DNA of 64,000 nucleotides from Planctomycetota bacterium (GTDB lineage: Bacteria; Planctomycetota; OFTM77), in assembly GCA_040219065.1 (NCBI GenBank), contig JAVJTD010000261.1:657-64656 (forward strand), read 5' to 3'. The position numbers and the translations under genes are program-made. The notes under the pieces were generated by a model. That model saw nothing but the letters and a program-made list of their open reading frames with translations. It was not told the origin of the DNA and did not search any database. Below, one piece after another: positions 9,712-19,309 of this stretch (its first letter is position 1; every line of letters begins with the position of its first letter).

Positions 9712-11091
9712 ATGAGCGAAGAGTCTCTGGATCCGCGGGAAGCCGAAGTCACGGCCACGACGGACGTGTCGACCGAGACGACGGACGAGCCGACGTTCAA
9801 CGCGGTGGCGTTCTTCGAACAGGTCCCCCTCGAGTTCGAGTCGATCGAGCAGATCGAAGAGGCGAAGAGGAACCTCTTCGCCTGGCCCAGGTCCTTCGAG
9901 ACCTTGCGCACGCACGTCCTCGGCCTCGCCGAGTCCGGGCAGCCGAGCACTCGTCTGGGTCTCGGGTTCTGGCTGCTCGGTTACTCCTCGAAGGCCGCCG
10001 AGACGTTGTCTCAGGCCGGCGAGGACCTCATCGCCTACTACTTGTGGGCCCACGCGCTGCTCGAGTCGGGGCGTTATCAAGAGGCGGCCGATCAGTTCTC
10101 CGAGCTGGCGCGCACCAAGCTCAAGGAGCGTCGCTTCTTGTTCGGCCTGGCCGAGTCGTATCGCCGTCTCGACGACCTCGACAACCTCGAGAAGACCATC
10201 GGTCGCCTCGAGAAGCTCGACGATGTCGAAGCGGACCTCGCCTACTTCCGGGGCGCTCACGCCGAGCGGCAGGGCGAGTACCGGGAGGCGATCGAGCACT
10301 ATCGCAAGTCGATCCACTTCGAGTCGGAGCACAGTCACGCGCTCTTCCGACTCGCCTATCGTCTCGACCTCGAAGGCGAGGACGAAGAGGCGATGGACAT
10401 CTACGAGCAGTGCCTCGAATGCGGCGTGACGTACGTCAACGCCGCCATCAACCTGGGGGTGCTGCTCGAGGACGCCGGCCGCTTCCGCGATGCGATGCGC
10501 GCCTACCAGCGCGTCTTACATCACCACCCGAATCACCCGCGGGCGAAGCTGTTCTTCAAGGACGCCGAGTCGTCGCTCACGATGTTCTACGACGAGGATC
10601 AGGAGCGCAAGGAGGACAAGCGCAACCAGATCCTGCGCATCCCCGTCACCGACTTCGAATTGTCGGTCCGCTCCAGGAACTGCCTCGCCAAGATGAACAT
10701 CGTCACTCTCGGCGACCTCATCAAGAAGACCGAGGCCGAGCTGCTCTCCTACAAGAACTTCGGTGAGACCTCCCTGGCCGAGATCAAGGACATCCTCGGG
10801 CAGAAGGGCCTGCGCTTGGGCATGGCCAAGGACGAGGACCCTGCGCCGCCGGGAACCGTCGGACCGGTTTCCACCGGCGGCGGTGACGAGACCGTGCTCG
10901 GCAAGCCGATCTCCGAGCTCGAGCTCTCCATCCGCTCGCGCAAGGCGATGGATCGCCTCAACCTCAAGACGATCCACGACCTCACGCTGATCGGCGAGAA
11001 CGAGCTGATGTCGTGCCCGAACTTCGGGCAGACCTCCCTCAACGAGATCAAGCAGAAGCTCGCCGCCTTCAACCTCCGCCTCAAGGGCTGA
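9712..11091 (+). CDS. TPR-repeat protein with two C-terminal RNA polymerase alpha-subunit CTD-like (alpha-CTD, HhH) modules
   Basis: 459 aa; central TPR-like helices; two copies of the RpoA alpha-CTD signature ([55 protein letters not shown] and [54 protein letters not shown]). Confidence 0.7.
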   Translation: MSEESLDPREAEVTATTDVSTETTDEPTFNAVAFFEQVPLEFESIEQIEEAKRNLFAWPRSFETLRTHVLGLAESGQPSTRLGLGFWLLGYSSKAAETLSQAGEDLIAYYLWAHALLESGRYQEAADQFSELARTKLKERRFLFGLAESYRRLDDLDNLEKTIGRLEKLDDVEADLAYFRGAHAERQGEYREAIEHYRKSIHFESEHSHALFRLAYRLDLEGEDEEAMDIYEQCLECGVTYVNAAINLGVLLEDAGRFRDAMRAYQRVLHHHPNHPRAKLFFKDAESSLTMFYDEDQERKEDKRNQILRIPVTDFELSVRSRNCLAKMNIVTLGDLIKKTEAELLSYKNFGETSLAEIKDILGQKGLRLGMAKDEDPAPPGTVGPVSTGGGDETVLGKPISELELSIRSRKAMDRLNLKTIHDLTLIGENELMSCPNFGQTSLNEIKQKLAAFNLRLKG

Positions 11092-11173
11092 GCGGCGAAG
11101 CACCGTCTCCGAGATTCCACCGGCCGAGGCCTGACGCCTCGGCCGGTTTCGTATCCGCCCGGAGCCCGCATCG

Positions 11174-11776
11174 ATGTTCGATTACTTCCAGGGTGAGCTC
11201 GTCGCCAAGGCGCCCGAAGGCGTGACCTTGGACGTCCGCGGAGTCGGCTACCAGCTCCAGGTGCCGTTCTCGACCTACAGCTCCCTCCCCGAGAGCGGGC
11301 TGGTCCTCCTGTATGCCCATCTGGTAGTGCGCGAGGACGAATGGCGGCTCTTCGGCTTCTCGACCGAAGCCGAGCGGACGGTGTTTCGGCGATTGATCTC
11401 GGTGAGCGGCGTCGGCCCGATGACGGCGATCCAGATGCTCTCGCAAGCGAACGTCGAAGAGATCGTGACCAGCATCGTCACCGGCGACACGCGCTTCCTC
11501 AAGAGCATGAAGGGCATCGGCGACAAGACCGCGCAGAGGATCGCCCTCGAGTTGAAGGAGCCGATGCGCCGGCTGGGCGGCAAGGTCCAGGGAGCTCAAA
11601 TCGGCGGCGCACCTGCACCGTCAGGCGGCGGACTGAGCGATGACGCCGTCGCCGTGCTCGTCTCCCTCGGCTACTCCGAGTCCCAAGCCGACAAGGCCGT
11701 GCGCAAAGCCGAGAAGGCCGGCGCGGATGCGACCAGCCTCGAGGATCTGGTCAAGTTCGCGCTGCAACACGTGTGA
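11174..11776 (+). CDS. ruvA: Holliday junction branch-migration complex subunit RuvA
   Basis: 200 aa; MFDYFQGELV...GVGYQLQVP...FGFSTEAERTVFRRLISVSGVGPMTAIQMLS and C-terminal domain III (DAVAVLVSLGY); no ruvB follows. Confidence 0.92.
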   Translation: MFDYFQGELVAKAPEGVTLDVRGVGYQLQVPFSTYSSLPESGLVLLYAHLVVREDEWRLFGFSTEAERTVFRRLISVSGVGPMTAIQMLSQANVEEIVTSIVTGDTRFLKSMKGIGDKTAQRIALELKEPMRRLGGKVQGAQIGGAPAPSGGGLSDDAVAVLVSLGYSESQADKAVRKAEKAGADATSLEDLVKFALQHV

Positions 11777-11914
11777 GCCTGGCCCGGCACCCAGGGAGGA
11801 GGTCGCCAAACCTCCAGCCGCCATCTTCGGCCGAGCGTGAAGGAGCCGAGCAAGAGTACCTTCGGACCGCAGGGTCTCAGCCGGACTCGGTGCCCCACGC
11901 CCCATGCTCTCCCA

Positions 11915-12136
11915 CTACTTCGCGGCGGGTTGGCTTTCCTCGGCGGCTCCCGTCTCGGAGCGGGTGCTGTCATGGTCCGCAGCGGCGATGACGAAGACGA
12001 TCGCGCCCGATAGCAAGAACGCCATGAAGACCACCACCAGCCAATGCTGCCAGCCGAAGTGGTCACCCGGCTCGTAGTGTGCCTGCGGGTCGGGGGTCTT
12101 CACCGGGAGGGTGTCTTCGAAGTCGTCGTGGATCAT
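11915..12136 (-). CDS. small hypothetical membrane protein (one TM helix), translationally coupled to the 3' end of mnmG
   Basis: 73 aa, ATGA overlap with the mnmG stop, high-GC3 codon usage, hydrophobic segment WLVVVFMAFLLSGAIVFVIAAA. Confidence 0.45.
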   Translation of the reverse strand: MIHDDFEDTLPVKTPDPQAHYEPGDHFGWQHWLVVVFMAFLLSGAIVFVIAAADHDSTRSETGAAEESQPAAK

Positions 12137-14040
12137 CGGCCCAGTACCACCATCAGTACAGAGATGTCGGCCGGCGTCACGCCCACGATGCGGCTCGCCT
12201 GGCCGAGCGAAACGGGCCGATAGTAGGACAGCTTGGTCTTGGCTTCATTGGAAATATGGGCGATCTCGCGGTAGTCGATGCGCTCGGGGATTCGCAGCGA
12301 CTCGAGGCGCTTGAACTTGGCGACCATCGCCTCTTGCCGCTCGATGTATCCTTCGTACTTCGTCTCGATCTCGAGCTGCTTTCGGACGTCTTCGCGCTCG
12401 AGACGCAGCTCGGCGAGGACCCCACTCTCGAGGAGCTTCTCGAGAGTCATGTCCGGCCGACGCAGGATGCGGGCACAGGAGGCGCCCTCGACGTGCACGC
12501 GATCGAGCAGCGCGCGCGCCGTTCGAATCGCGGCCTCCTTCTCGGCGACTCGCGACGCCGCTTCCTGCGAGACGAGTCCTCTCGTCGCCGCGATGGGCGT
12601 CAAGCGACGATCGGCATTGTCCGCGCGCAAGAGGAGCCGGTACTCGGCACGCGAAGTGAACATCCGATACGGCTCACGTGGGCTCTCGGTGACCAGGTCG
12701 TCGATCAGGACACCGATGTAGGCTTGCGAGCGATCGAGGATGAAGGGCTGTTCGCCGCGCAGCTTCAAGGCCGCATTGGCGCCGGCCACCAGCCCTTGCG
12801 CACCGGCCTCTTCGTATCCGGACGTGCCGTTGATCTGGCCGGCGAGATACAGGCCTTCGTGACGGCGCGACTCGAGCGTGAGTTGGAGCTGACAGGCCGG
12901 CGCGAAGTCGTACTCGACGGCGTAGCCGTAGCGCATCACCTCGGCGTTCTCGAGGCCGGGAATCGAGCGCAGGAAGAGATCCTGCACATTTCGCGGCAGT
13001 GAGGTCGAGAGCCCGTTGACGTAGACCTCGTGGGTCAGGTGCCCTTCCGGCTCGAGGAAGATCTGGTGCCGCGGCCGATCCGCGAAGCGCACGACCTTGT
13101 CCTCGATCGAGGGGCAATACCGCGGTCCTTGGCTCTGGATCTCGCCGGAGTACATCGGCGAGAGGTGCAGGTGATCGCGGATGATCTCGTGCGTCTCCTC
13201 GGTGGTGTAGGCGATGTGGCAGGGGATCTGACGAACGTCGAGCCGCTCATTGTGGAACGAGAAGGGCTGTGGCACGTCATCGCCCGGCTGCTCCTGGAGC
13301 TGGGAGCGGTCGATCGTCCGCCCGTGCAATCGCGCCGGCGTGCCGGTCTTCAGCCGTCCCAGCTCGAAGCCGAGGTCCGCGAGGCAACCGGAGAGCCCTT
13401 CCGATGCCGCTTCACCACCGCGTCCACCCTTCTCCTTCTGCGGACCGGTGTGCATGAGTCCGCGGAGGAAGGTCCCGGTGGTCAGGATCACCGCGCCAGC
13501 GCCGTACTCGGCACCGGACCGGCAGCGCACACCTCGAACGCGGTCGCCGTCCATGAGCAAGGACTCGACGGTGTCCTGGCGCAGCGAGAGGCCCTCCTGG
13601 CTCTCGATGGCGAACTTGATCCAGCTCCGGTAAGCGACCTTGTCGGCCTGGGCTCGCGGCGCCTGCACGGCGGGCCCCTTGCCCGTGTTCAGCATGCGGA
13701 ACTGGATGCCGGTCGCGTCGATCGCTCGCCCCATCAGCCCACCGAGCGCGTCGATCTCGCGAACGAGCTGTCCTTTGGCCAAGCCACCGATGGCCGGGTT
13801 GCAGGAGAGATGACCGACGGTGTCGAGATTCATTGCGAGGAGCAGGGTCCGCGCTCCCAGCCTCGCCGCGGCGGCCGCCGCTTCGGTGCCGGCATGACCG
13901 CCACCCACCACGATGACATCGTAGCTCGTCACTTCCTGGAGAATCCCTCGGTGTAGTCGCGTGAGCGCATTCGTATTATTCTGGGACGTCACGGAGACGA
14001 CCACTCTAGGAGAGATGGAAGCACCGCGCCAGAGGGCCAC
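12133..14040 (-). CDS. mnmG: tRNA uridine 5-carboxymethylaminomethyl modification enzyme MnmG (GidA)
   Basis: 635 aa; FAD-binding YDVIVVGGGHAGTEAA N-terminus and full-length MnmG similarity. Confidence 0.94.
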   Translation of the reverse strand: MALWRGASISPRVVVSVTSQNNTNALTRLHRGILQEVTSYDVIVVGGGHAGTEAAAAAARLGARTLLLAMNLDTVGHLSCNPAIGGLAKGQLVREIDALGGLMGRAIDATGIQFRMLNTGKGPAVQAPRAQADKVAYRSWIKFAIESQEGLSLRQDTVESLLMDGDRVRGVRCRSGAEYGAGAVILTTGTFLRGLMHTGPQKEKGGRGGEAASEGLSGCLADLGFELGRLKTGTPARLHGRTIDRSQLQEQPGDDVPQPFSFHNERLDVRQIPCHIAYTTEETHEIIRDHLHLSPMYSGEIQSQGPRYCPSIEDKVVRFADRPRHQIFLEPEGHLTHEVYVNGLSTSLPRNVQDLFLRSIPGLENAEVMRYGYAVEYDFAPACQLQLTLESRRHEGLYLAGQINGTSGYEEAGAQGLVAGANAALKLRGEQPFILDRSQAYIGVLIDDLVTESPREPYRMFTSRAEYRLLLRADNADRRLTPIAATRGLVSQEAASRVAEKEAAIRTARALLDRVHVEGASCARILRRPDMTLEKLLESGVLAELRLEREDVRKQLEIETKYEGYIERQEAMVAKFKRLESLRIPERIDYREIAHISNEAKTKLSYYRPVSLGQASRIVGVTPADISVLMVVLGR

Positions 14041-14076
14041 CTGGGCACTGGCGCTCTCGGAATTCGGAGGTCTCGG

Positions 14077-15336
14077 ATGTTCCTAGCCCCCATGCTCTGT
14101 CTGAGCATCGCGCTGCCCGCTCTCGAGGACGACGCGGCGCCCAAGATCGAGAAGCTCCTCGCCGCGAGCAAAGAAGCCCTCGCCGAGCGCCGCGCGCAGA
14201 TCCAAGCGGTCCTGCCCCCCGCGATCGAAGGGCTCAATCATGCACCCGGGAGTGGCGAGGTGCGTCTGGCGAGGACGTCGCTCTTGCAGCTCGGAGCGGC
14301 GGTGATTCCCGACCTCCTGCCCTACCTCGATCCCAAGGGTGGCTCCAGCCCGTTCCTGGGCTCGAACGTCGCCGACCTGATCGGTCGTCTCGCGACGCCG
14401 TCGACCCTGCCCCAGCTCGTCGAGATCATCGAGACCGGGACGCCGACGGCCGCTCAGAATGCGCTCTTGGCCCTGAAGCCTCACGCGAAGGCCGAGCACG
14501 TGCCCGCCATCACCGCCCTCCTCGAGAAGACGAAGAGCTGGAAGACCGAGATCGAGGCGCTGACGGTCCTTCGGGAGATCGGAGACCCGGCTGCGACATC
14601 GGCCGTCATCGCCAAGCTGGAGCACGACCGCCCCGATGTCCGCGAAGCCGCCGTCAACGCGCTGATCGTCTTCGATGATTCCGAGGGTATCAAAGCTCTC
14701 AAAGAGCGGCTGTCCAAAGAGACCCATGCCGAGACGTTCGAGGCGCTCGCGCGATTCTTCGTCGATCGCGACGAGCCCACGCTGGGCCCCCAGCTCTTGT
14801 CCCGCGCACGGAACGGTCTCGCCTCGCCGGACCATCGCGTGGCCATGATCCGGATGCTCGGCAAGCTCGGCTGGGAGGGCGCCGTCCAACCGCTCGAGCA
14901 ACTGGCCAGCAGCGAAGGCGAGAACTTTCGGGTGCGCGAAGAGGCAGCGTACGCCGCTTATCGTCTGGGCAACCGATCCGGTGCGGCCGCGATCATCCGG
15001 CGCTGGGAAGAGGAGATCAAGAACCGGCCTCAGAGCTGGGGAAACTGGCGGGGCCTGGCCAACGTGTACAAGAACCTCGGTCAGGAGAAGTCCGCGATCG
15101 AGAACTACACGAAGGCGATCAAGTTCAAGACGCTGCGCAATCGCGACGCCGACGTCTCCGACCTCGGACTCGAGATCGCGCGCTGCTACAGCTTGCTCGA
15201 TCGCACGCGCGAAGCGGCCCAGTGCTTCAAGAAGTTCAAGATCCCGCTGACCACCGAAGTCCAGAATGATCCCGAGCTCGAGAACCTGAGAGGGACTCGG
15301 CATTGGGAAGACCTGCTTCGTTACAAGGACGACTGA
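14077..15336 (+). CDS. secreted HEAT-repeat (PBS-lyase-like) protein
   Basis: 419 aa, signal peptide (MFLAPMLCLSIALPALE), repeated HEAT-like helical hairpins (e.g. DVREAAVNALIVFDDSEGIKAL). Confidence 0.6.
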   Translation: MFLAPMLCLSIALPALEDDAAPKIEKLLAASKEALAERRAQIQAVLPPAIEGLNHAPGSGEVRLARTSLLQLGAAVIPDLLPYLDPKGGSSPFLGSNVADLIGRLATPSTLPQLVEIIETGTPTAAQNALLALKPHAKAEHVPAITALLEKTKSWKTEIEALTVLREIGDPAATSAVIAKLEHDRPDVREAAVNALIVFDDSEGIKALKERLSKETHAETFEALARFFVDRDEPTLGPQLLSRARNGLASPDHRVAMIRMLGKLGWEGAVQPLEQLASSEGENFRVREEAAYAAYRLGNRSGAAAIIRRWEEEIKNRPQSWGNWRGLANVYKNLGQEKSAIENYTKAIKFKTLRNRDADVSDLGLEIARCYSLLDRTREAAQCFKKFKIPLTTEVQNDPELENLRGTRHWEDLLRYKDD

Positions 15337-15485
15337 CCTCGAGTGGGCTCCGCGGACGGAGAGCGCCAGACCTTGGAATGCTCCTTGCTACGCGACTCGC
15401 CTCCTCCCGCGATTCCGGCGCGTTTCCCGATCGGGCGCCGCGACCGGGTTACGAGGTTACCTGTCCGTGACGTGGAGCCCTTCCC

Positions 15486-16637
15486 ATGAGCATATCGGAG
15501 CCACCGATCGTCGATTCCGAATCCCCTCCGGCGCCCCCCCCTGCTCCGCCCGGCACGACCCCACCTCTCGTTCGCATCCAGCATCTGAGCTGCCGACGCG
15601 GCTCGACCCTCGCCTTGGACGATGTCTCGCTCGAGGTGCGGCGAGAGGAGATGGTCGCCGTGCTCGGTCCTTCGGGATGTGGCAAGACCACCCTGCTCCG
15701 CTGCCTCGCCGGTCTCCAGAAGCCCAGCGCCGGACGGATCGAGCTCTCGGGTCAGGTCGTCAACGATCCCGCGATCCGGATCGGTGCTCGGCAGCGCAAG
15801 ATCGGCTTGGTCTTCCAAGACCTCGCCCTTTGGCCACACTGGAGCGCGAAGAAGCAGCTCGAGTTCGTCTTGAAAGGTGCACGCCAGCACGTCGACCGGC
15901 AGGAGCGGGTGCGCGAGACGCTCGCGCTCTTCCACCTCGAAGGACTCGAGTCGCGTCGCCCGTCGGAGCTGTCGGGCGGTGAGTGCCAGCGGCTCGCGCT
16001 GGCGCGCTCGGTCGTGGTCGCTCCTGAGCTCTGGCTCCTCGACGAGCCGCTCTCCAGCCTCGATGCCCACCTTCGTCAAGAGCTGCGAGTGGAGCTGGCG
16101 CGCATCCACCGAACGCTCGGACTGACGTCCTTGATGGTCACCCACGATCAGGACGACGCCTTCGCCCTCGCCGATCGCGTAGCCGTCCTCCGCAATGGGC
16201 GCCTCGAGCAGTTCGACCGCCCCGAAGCACTCTATCGCGCCCCGGCCTCGCGCTTCGTCGCCGGCTTCGTCGGTGCCTGGATATCCTTGAAGGTCGAGCT
16301 AGAAGGCCGGGAAGTCGCGACGGCGCTGGGTCGATTCACCCTCGCCGGCGAGCCTCGAGGAGATGTCGAGGTGGGCATTCGACCGAGTGCGCTCCGCATG
16401 ACGCGGCGTGGCGAGTCGGGCCTGACCGGTACGGTTCGTCGCGTTCAAGCGAGTGGCGCGACGACGCGTTGCACGATCGCCATCGGCTCCGAAGAGCTCG
16501 CCATCGAGCGCCCGATCGACGAAGCCCCTGCGCAAGGTGAGACGGTCGGCCTCGAGCTCGTTCACCCGCCACTCGCCTTCGACGGGGAGGGTGCTCCTCT
16601 CGAATGGCAATCCTCCTCGAGCACACCCTCTGCATGA
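15486..16637 (+). CDS. ABC transporter ATP-binding protein (PotA/FbpC/ModC type with C-terminal TOBE-like domain); no cognate permease adjacent
   Basis: Walker A GPSGCGKTT, ABC signature LSGGECQRLALAR, Walker B LWLLDEPLSSLD, H-loop VTHDQ, Q/LSGG spacing typical of importer ATPases; 45-aa Pro-rich N-extension. Confidence 0.85.
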   Translation: MSISEPPIVDSESPPAPPPAPPGTTPPLVRIQHLSCRRGSTLALDDVSLEVRREEMVAVLGPSGCGKTTLLRCLAGLQKPSAGRIELSGQVVNDPAIRIGARQRKIGLVFQDLALWPHWSAKKQLEFVLKGARQHVDRQERVRETLALFHLEGLESRRPSELSGGECQRLALARSVVVAPELWLLDEPLSSLDAHLRQELRVELARIHRTLGLTSLMVTHDQDDAFALADRVAVLRNGRLEQFDRPEALYRAPASRFVAGFVGAWISLKVELEGREVATALGRFTLAGEPRGDVEVGIRPSALRMTRRGESGLTGTVRRVQASGATTRCTIAIGSEELAIERPIDEAPAQGETVGLELVHPPLAFDGEGAPLEWQSSSSTPSA

Positions 16638-16658
16638 TCCCTCAGGCAGGAGACCTCC

Positions 16659-17727
16659 CATGAATCTGGCAGCAAGAGCTCTGGGACTGGTCCTCGTCCT
16701 CGGGGGCGCCGCTTATCTGATCTTCGGCGGAGAAGATCCGAGCGGCAGCTCCGAGCCGAAGGCCACGGACGCGAGCGGCAAGCCGCTTCGCACATGGAGA
16801 TCCTCGGAGGAGTGTGCCGAGTGCCATCCTGAGCTCCATGAGGAATGGCAGGGATCCTGGCACGCCCGGGCCTACACGGATCCGGCTTTCGTCAAGCAAT
16901 CGAACAATCACGCCTTGCGCGACTGCGTCGCGTGTCACGCGCCGCGCCCCGTCTTCGAGACCGGCGCCGGGCTCTATGAGCGCGTGCTCGCCCGAGCGGA
17001 CCGGCTCCACGAAGGCGTCGATTGCTTGAGCTGCCACTTCCTCCCCGACGAACACCTCGCCTCGACGCGTGAGGACGTCGATACCAATGCGCCTTGTGCT
17101 CCGGTCTACGTCGAGGAGATGGGTACGGTCGAGGTTTGCGCGCCGTGTCACAACCAGCACGACACCGTCGATGAGTGGCGCCGCTCCCCGAAGGGGCAAG
17201 AAGGTGTCGGCTGCCGCGATTGTCACATGCCCACCGAGGAGCGTGCTCCGGCGACTGGAGTCGCGGCGAGGCTGGTGCGGACCCACGTGATGCCGGGCGG
17301 GCACTACCCCGAGCTCGTGAAAACTGCCTTCGAAGTGAATCACACGATCGAGGAAGGGAAGATCCAGGTCGGCGTGAAGAACACGCACCTGGGTCACAAC
17401 CTGCCGACCGACGATCGCGGGCGAGCGCTCGATCTGGTCGTTTCGGTATTCGACCGAGCGGGCAATCCGGTGCCGCAGCCCGAGGCCTTGATCAAGCCCG
17501 GGCAGACAGAGGGCACGTTTCGCGCCCGCTTCCGGCTGCCGTACCGTGAGGAGCTGATCAACGAGCCGATCACTCAGATCCCTCCGGGTGAGACTTCCGC
17601 CTTCGACTGGAGCCTCCCGGTCTCGACCGGCAAGGCGATCGTCGAGCTCTACTTCAAGCTGCAGCCCTACATCCCCGATGGTCACGAGGACTCGACCTTG
17701 GTCTACAGGCAGGAGTTGACGTTCTGA
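16659..17727 (+). CDS. membrane-anchored pentahaem c-type cytochrome
   Basis: Five CxxCH motifs (CAECH, CVACH, CLSCH, CAPCH, CRDCH) after an N-terminal signal/anchor LAARALGLVLVLGGAAYLIF; AGGAGA RBS before the internal ATG of ORF 16453..17727. Confidence 0.8.
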
Positions 17728-19301
17728 TGCGCTGGGCAGGCTGCTTCTTCGCGGTATTGTCGATGCTCTCGATCGTGGGCTGCTCCGAAGATGGTGAGGC
17801 TCCGACCAAGGAAGACTCCGCGCCCAAGAGTGGCACGCAATCGATGTCCGAGCGGGCGATGGAAGAGGGCACGTATCGCGAGGAGTGGTTCTGGCACGAC
17901 CGGCTTCTCGAGCCGCCGCCCTCGGCAGCCCGGCCGGGGTCGACCCCGGATCCTGCGAACTGGGCGCCGCGCCTGAAGCGATTGACGACGGCGCCACTGA
18001 CCGAGCTCGAGCCGGCTCTCGAAGAGATGGCTGCGGACGGCGCCGCTGCGCGCAACGCGCTCTGCCGGGAGATCGACACGACGCTCGACGCGAGTGAGGA
18101 CGATCCGCACCGGCGCTACCGGATGCTGATGGCCCTCGCCCGAGTCAACGGTCCCGAGGCCGCACCGACATTGGTTCGATTGCTGCGCGATCCGTTGCAG
18201 GAAACTTCGACGCTGGCCGCCGAGCTGCTCGGTGAGTGCGATGCGCCGTGGGTGACACCGAGGCTGCTCAAGAGCTTCGGCAAGTGGGAGAACAACCGGG
18301 ACATCCTGACGCGCGTGATGGCCATCGAGGCCCTCACGAAATACCGAATCTACTCGGGCTTGCCACAGCTCGTCGCCCTGCTCGCGGAGAACACAGCGCA
18401 AGAGGTGCCCGACACCGAGCGCAACTGGAAGCGCACCACGCGCATGGCGTTCATCAAAGACGAGGTCCGTCGCATCCTGCGCGAGATCAGCGGAGAGAGC
18501 TACGGCTTCGATTCGGGTCAAGGCGAAGCGGTGATGCGCGAAGCCGTCGGGAAGTGGCAGGACTGGTGGCGAGCGCACGAGCACGAGTACCTGCTCGGTG
18601 AAAGGACGCCGCACGATGCGGAGGACGCGGGCCTGCGTGAGCAGATCCAAAAGCTGATCGACATCGGGTTCCCCGCCTTCCAGCTCCGCAACGTCGACAA
18701 CGCGCGCTGGCTGCTCGAGCATCTCGGTCCCATCGCCGTGCCGCAGCTCATGGCCGCGCTCGATCGTCCCGAGCTGAGAGTGCGCGTGCATGCCGCCGAG
18801 GTGCTCGGCCGCATCGGAGACGAGCGCGCCCGAGCTGCTTTCGCTGCCAGGATTCCAAGGGAGCCCGAAGCGTCCGCGCGCGCCCAGATGATCGAGGCCC
18901 TCGGAGACATTGGCAATGAGGAGGATGCTCCGACACTGACGAAGATCCTCGAGAGCGAAAGCGAGGATACGAGCGTGCGCGTCGCCGCCGCACTGGCCCT
19001 GGGCAACATTGGCGGAGACGCCGCGATGACGGCGCTCGACCTAGCCGCAGGGAGCAGCAGTGACGACACCTCGAAAGAGATCGCCGTCGCGGTGTGGTCC
19101 GCCAAGGCCCTTCACGGCGACGATGCCTCCTTCGAATCGCTGCTCTCACTGCTGGCCTCGAAGTCCCTCGCCGAGCGCGCCCAAGGAAGCACCGCGCTCC
19201 TCGAGACCTTCCACGCCAGCATCGAGTACGATCCCTATTCCGACGAAGAGAAGCGCACCCAAGGCATCGAAGCCTGGCGCGAATGGTGGGCGAATCGGTA
19301 G
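17727..19301 (+). CDS. HEAT-repeat lipoprotein
   Basis: 524 aa, lipobox LSIVGC, multiple PBS-lyase-type HEAT repeats (VRVHAAEVLGRIGDERA, VRVAAALALGNIGGDAA); TGATG overlap with the cytochrome gene. Confidence 0.65.
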   Translation: MRWAGCFFAVLSMLSIVGCSEDGEAPTKEDSAPKSGTQSMSERAMEEGTYREEWFWHDRLLEPPPSAARPGSTPDPANWAPRLKRLTTAPLTELEPALEEMAADGAAARNALCREIDTTLDASEDDPHRRYRMLMALARVNGPEAAPTLVRLLRDPLQETSTLAAELLGECDAPWVTPRLLKSFGKWENNRDILTRVMAIEALTKYRIYSGLPQLVALLAENTAQEVPDTERNWKRTTRMAFIKDEVRRILREISGESYGFDSGQGEAVMREAVGKWQDWWRAHEHEYLLGERTPHDAEDAGLREQIQKLIDIGFPAFQLRNVDNARWLLEHLGPIAVPQLMAALDRPELRVRVHAAEVLGRIGDERARAAFAARIPREPEASARAQMIEALGDIGNEEDAPTLTKILESESEDTSVRVAAALALGNIGGDAAMTALDLAAGSSSDDTSKEIAVAVWSAKALHGDDASFESLLSLLASKSLAERAQGSTALLETFHASIEYDPYSDEEKRTQGIEAWREWWANR

Positions 19302-19309
19302 GAGCCCCC

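Noticed and set aside
12079-13956. Plus-strand ORFs 12079..13002 and 13030..13956
   Set aside because: Antisense to mnmG.
16642-18791. Minus-strand ORFs 16642..17997 (451 aa) and 17703..18791 (362 aa)
   Set aside because: Antisense to the cytochrome c and HEAT lipoprotein genes; no motifs.
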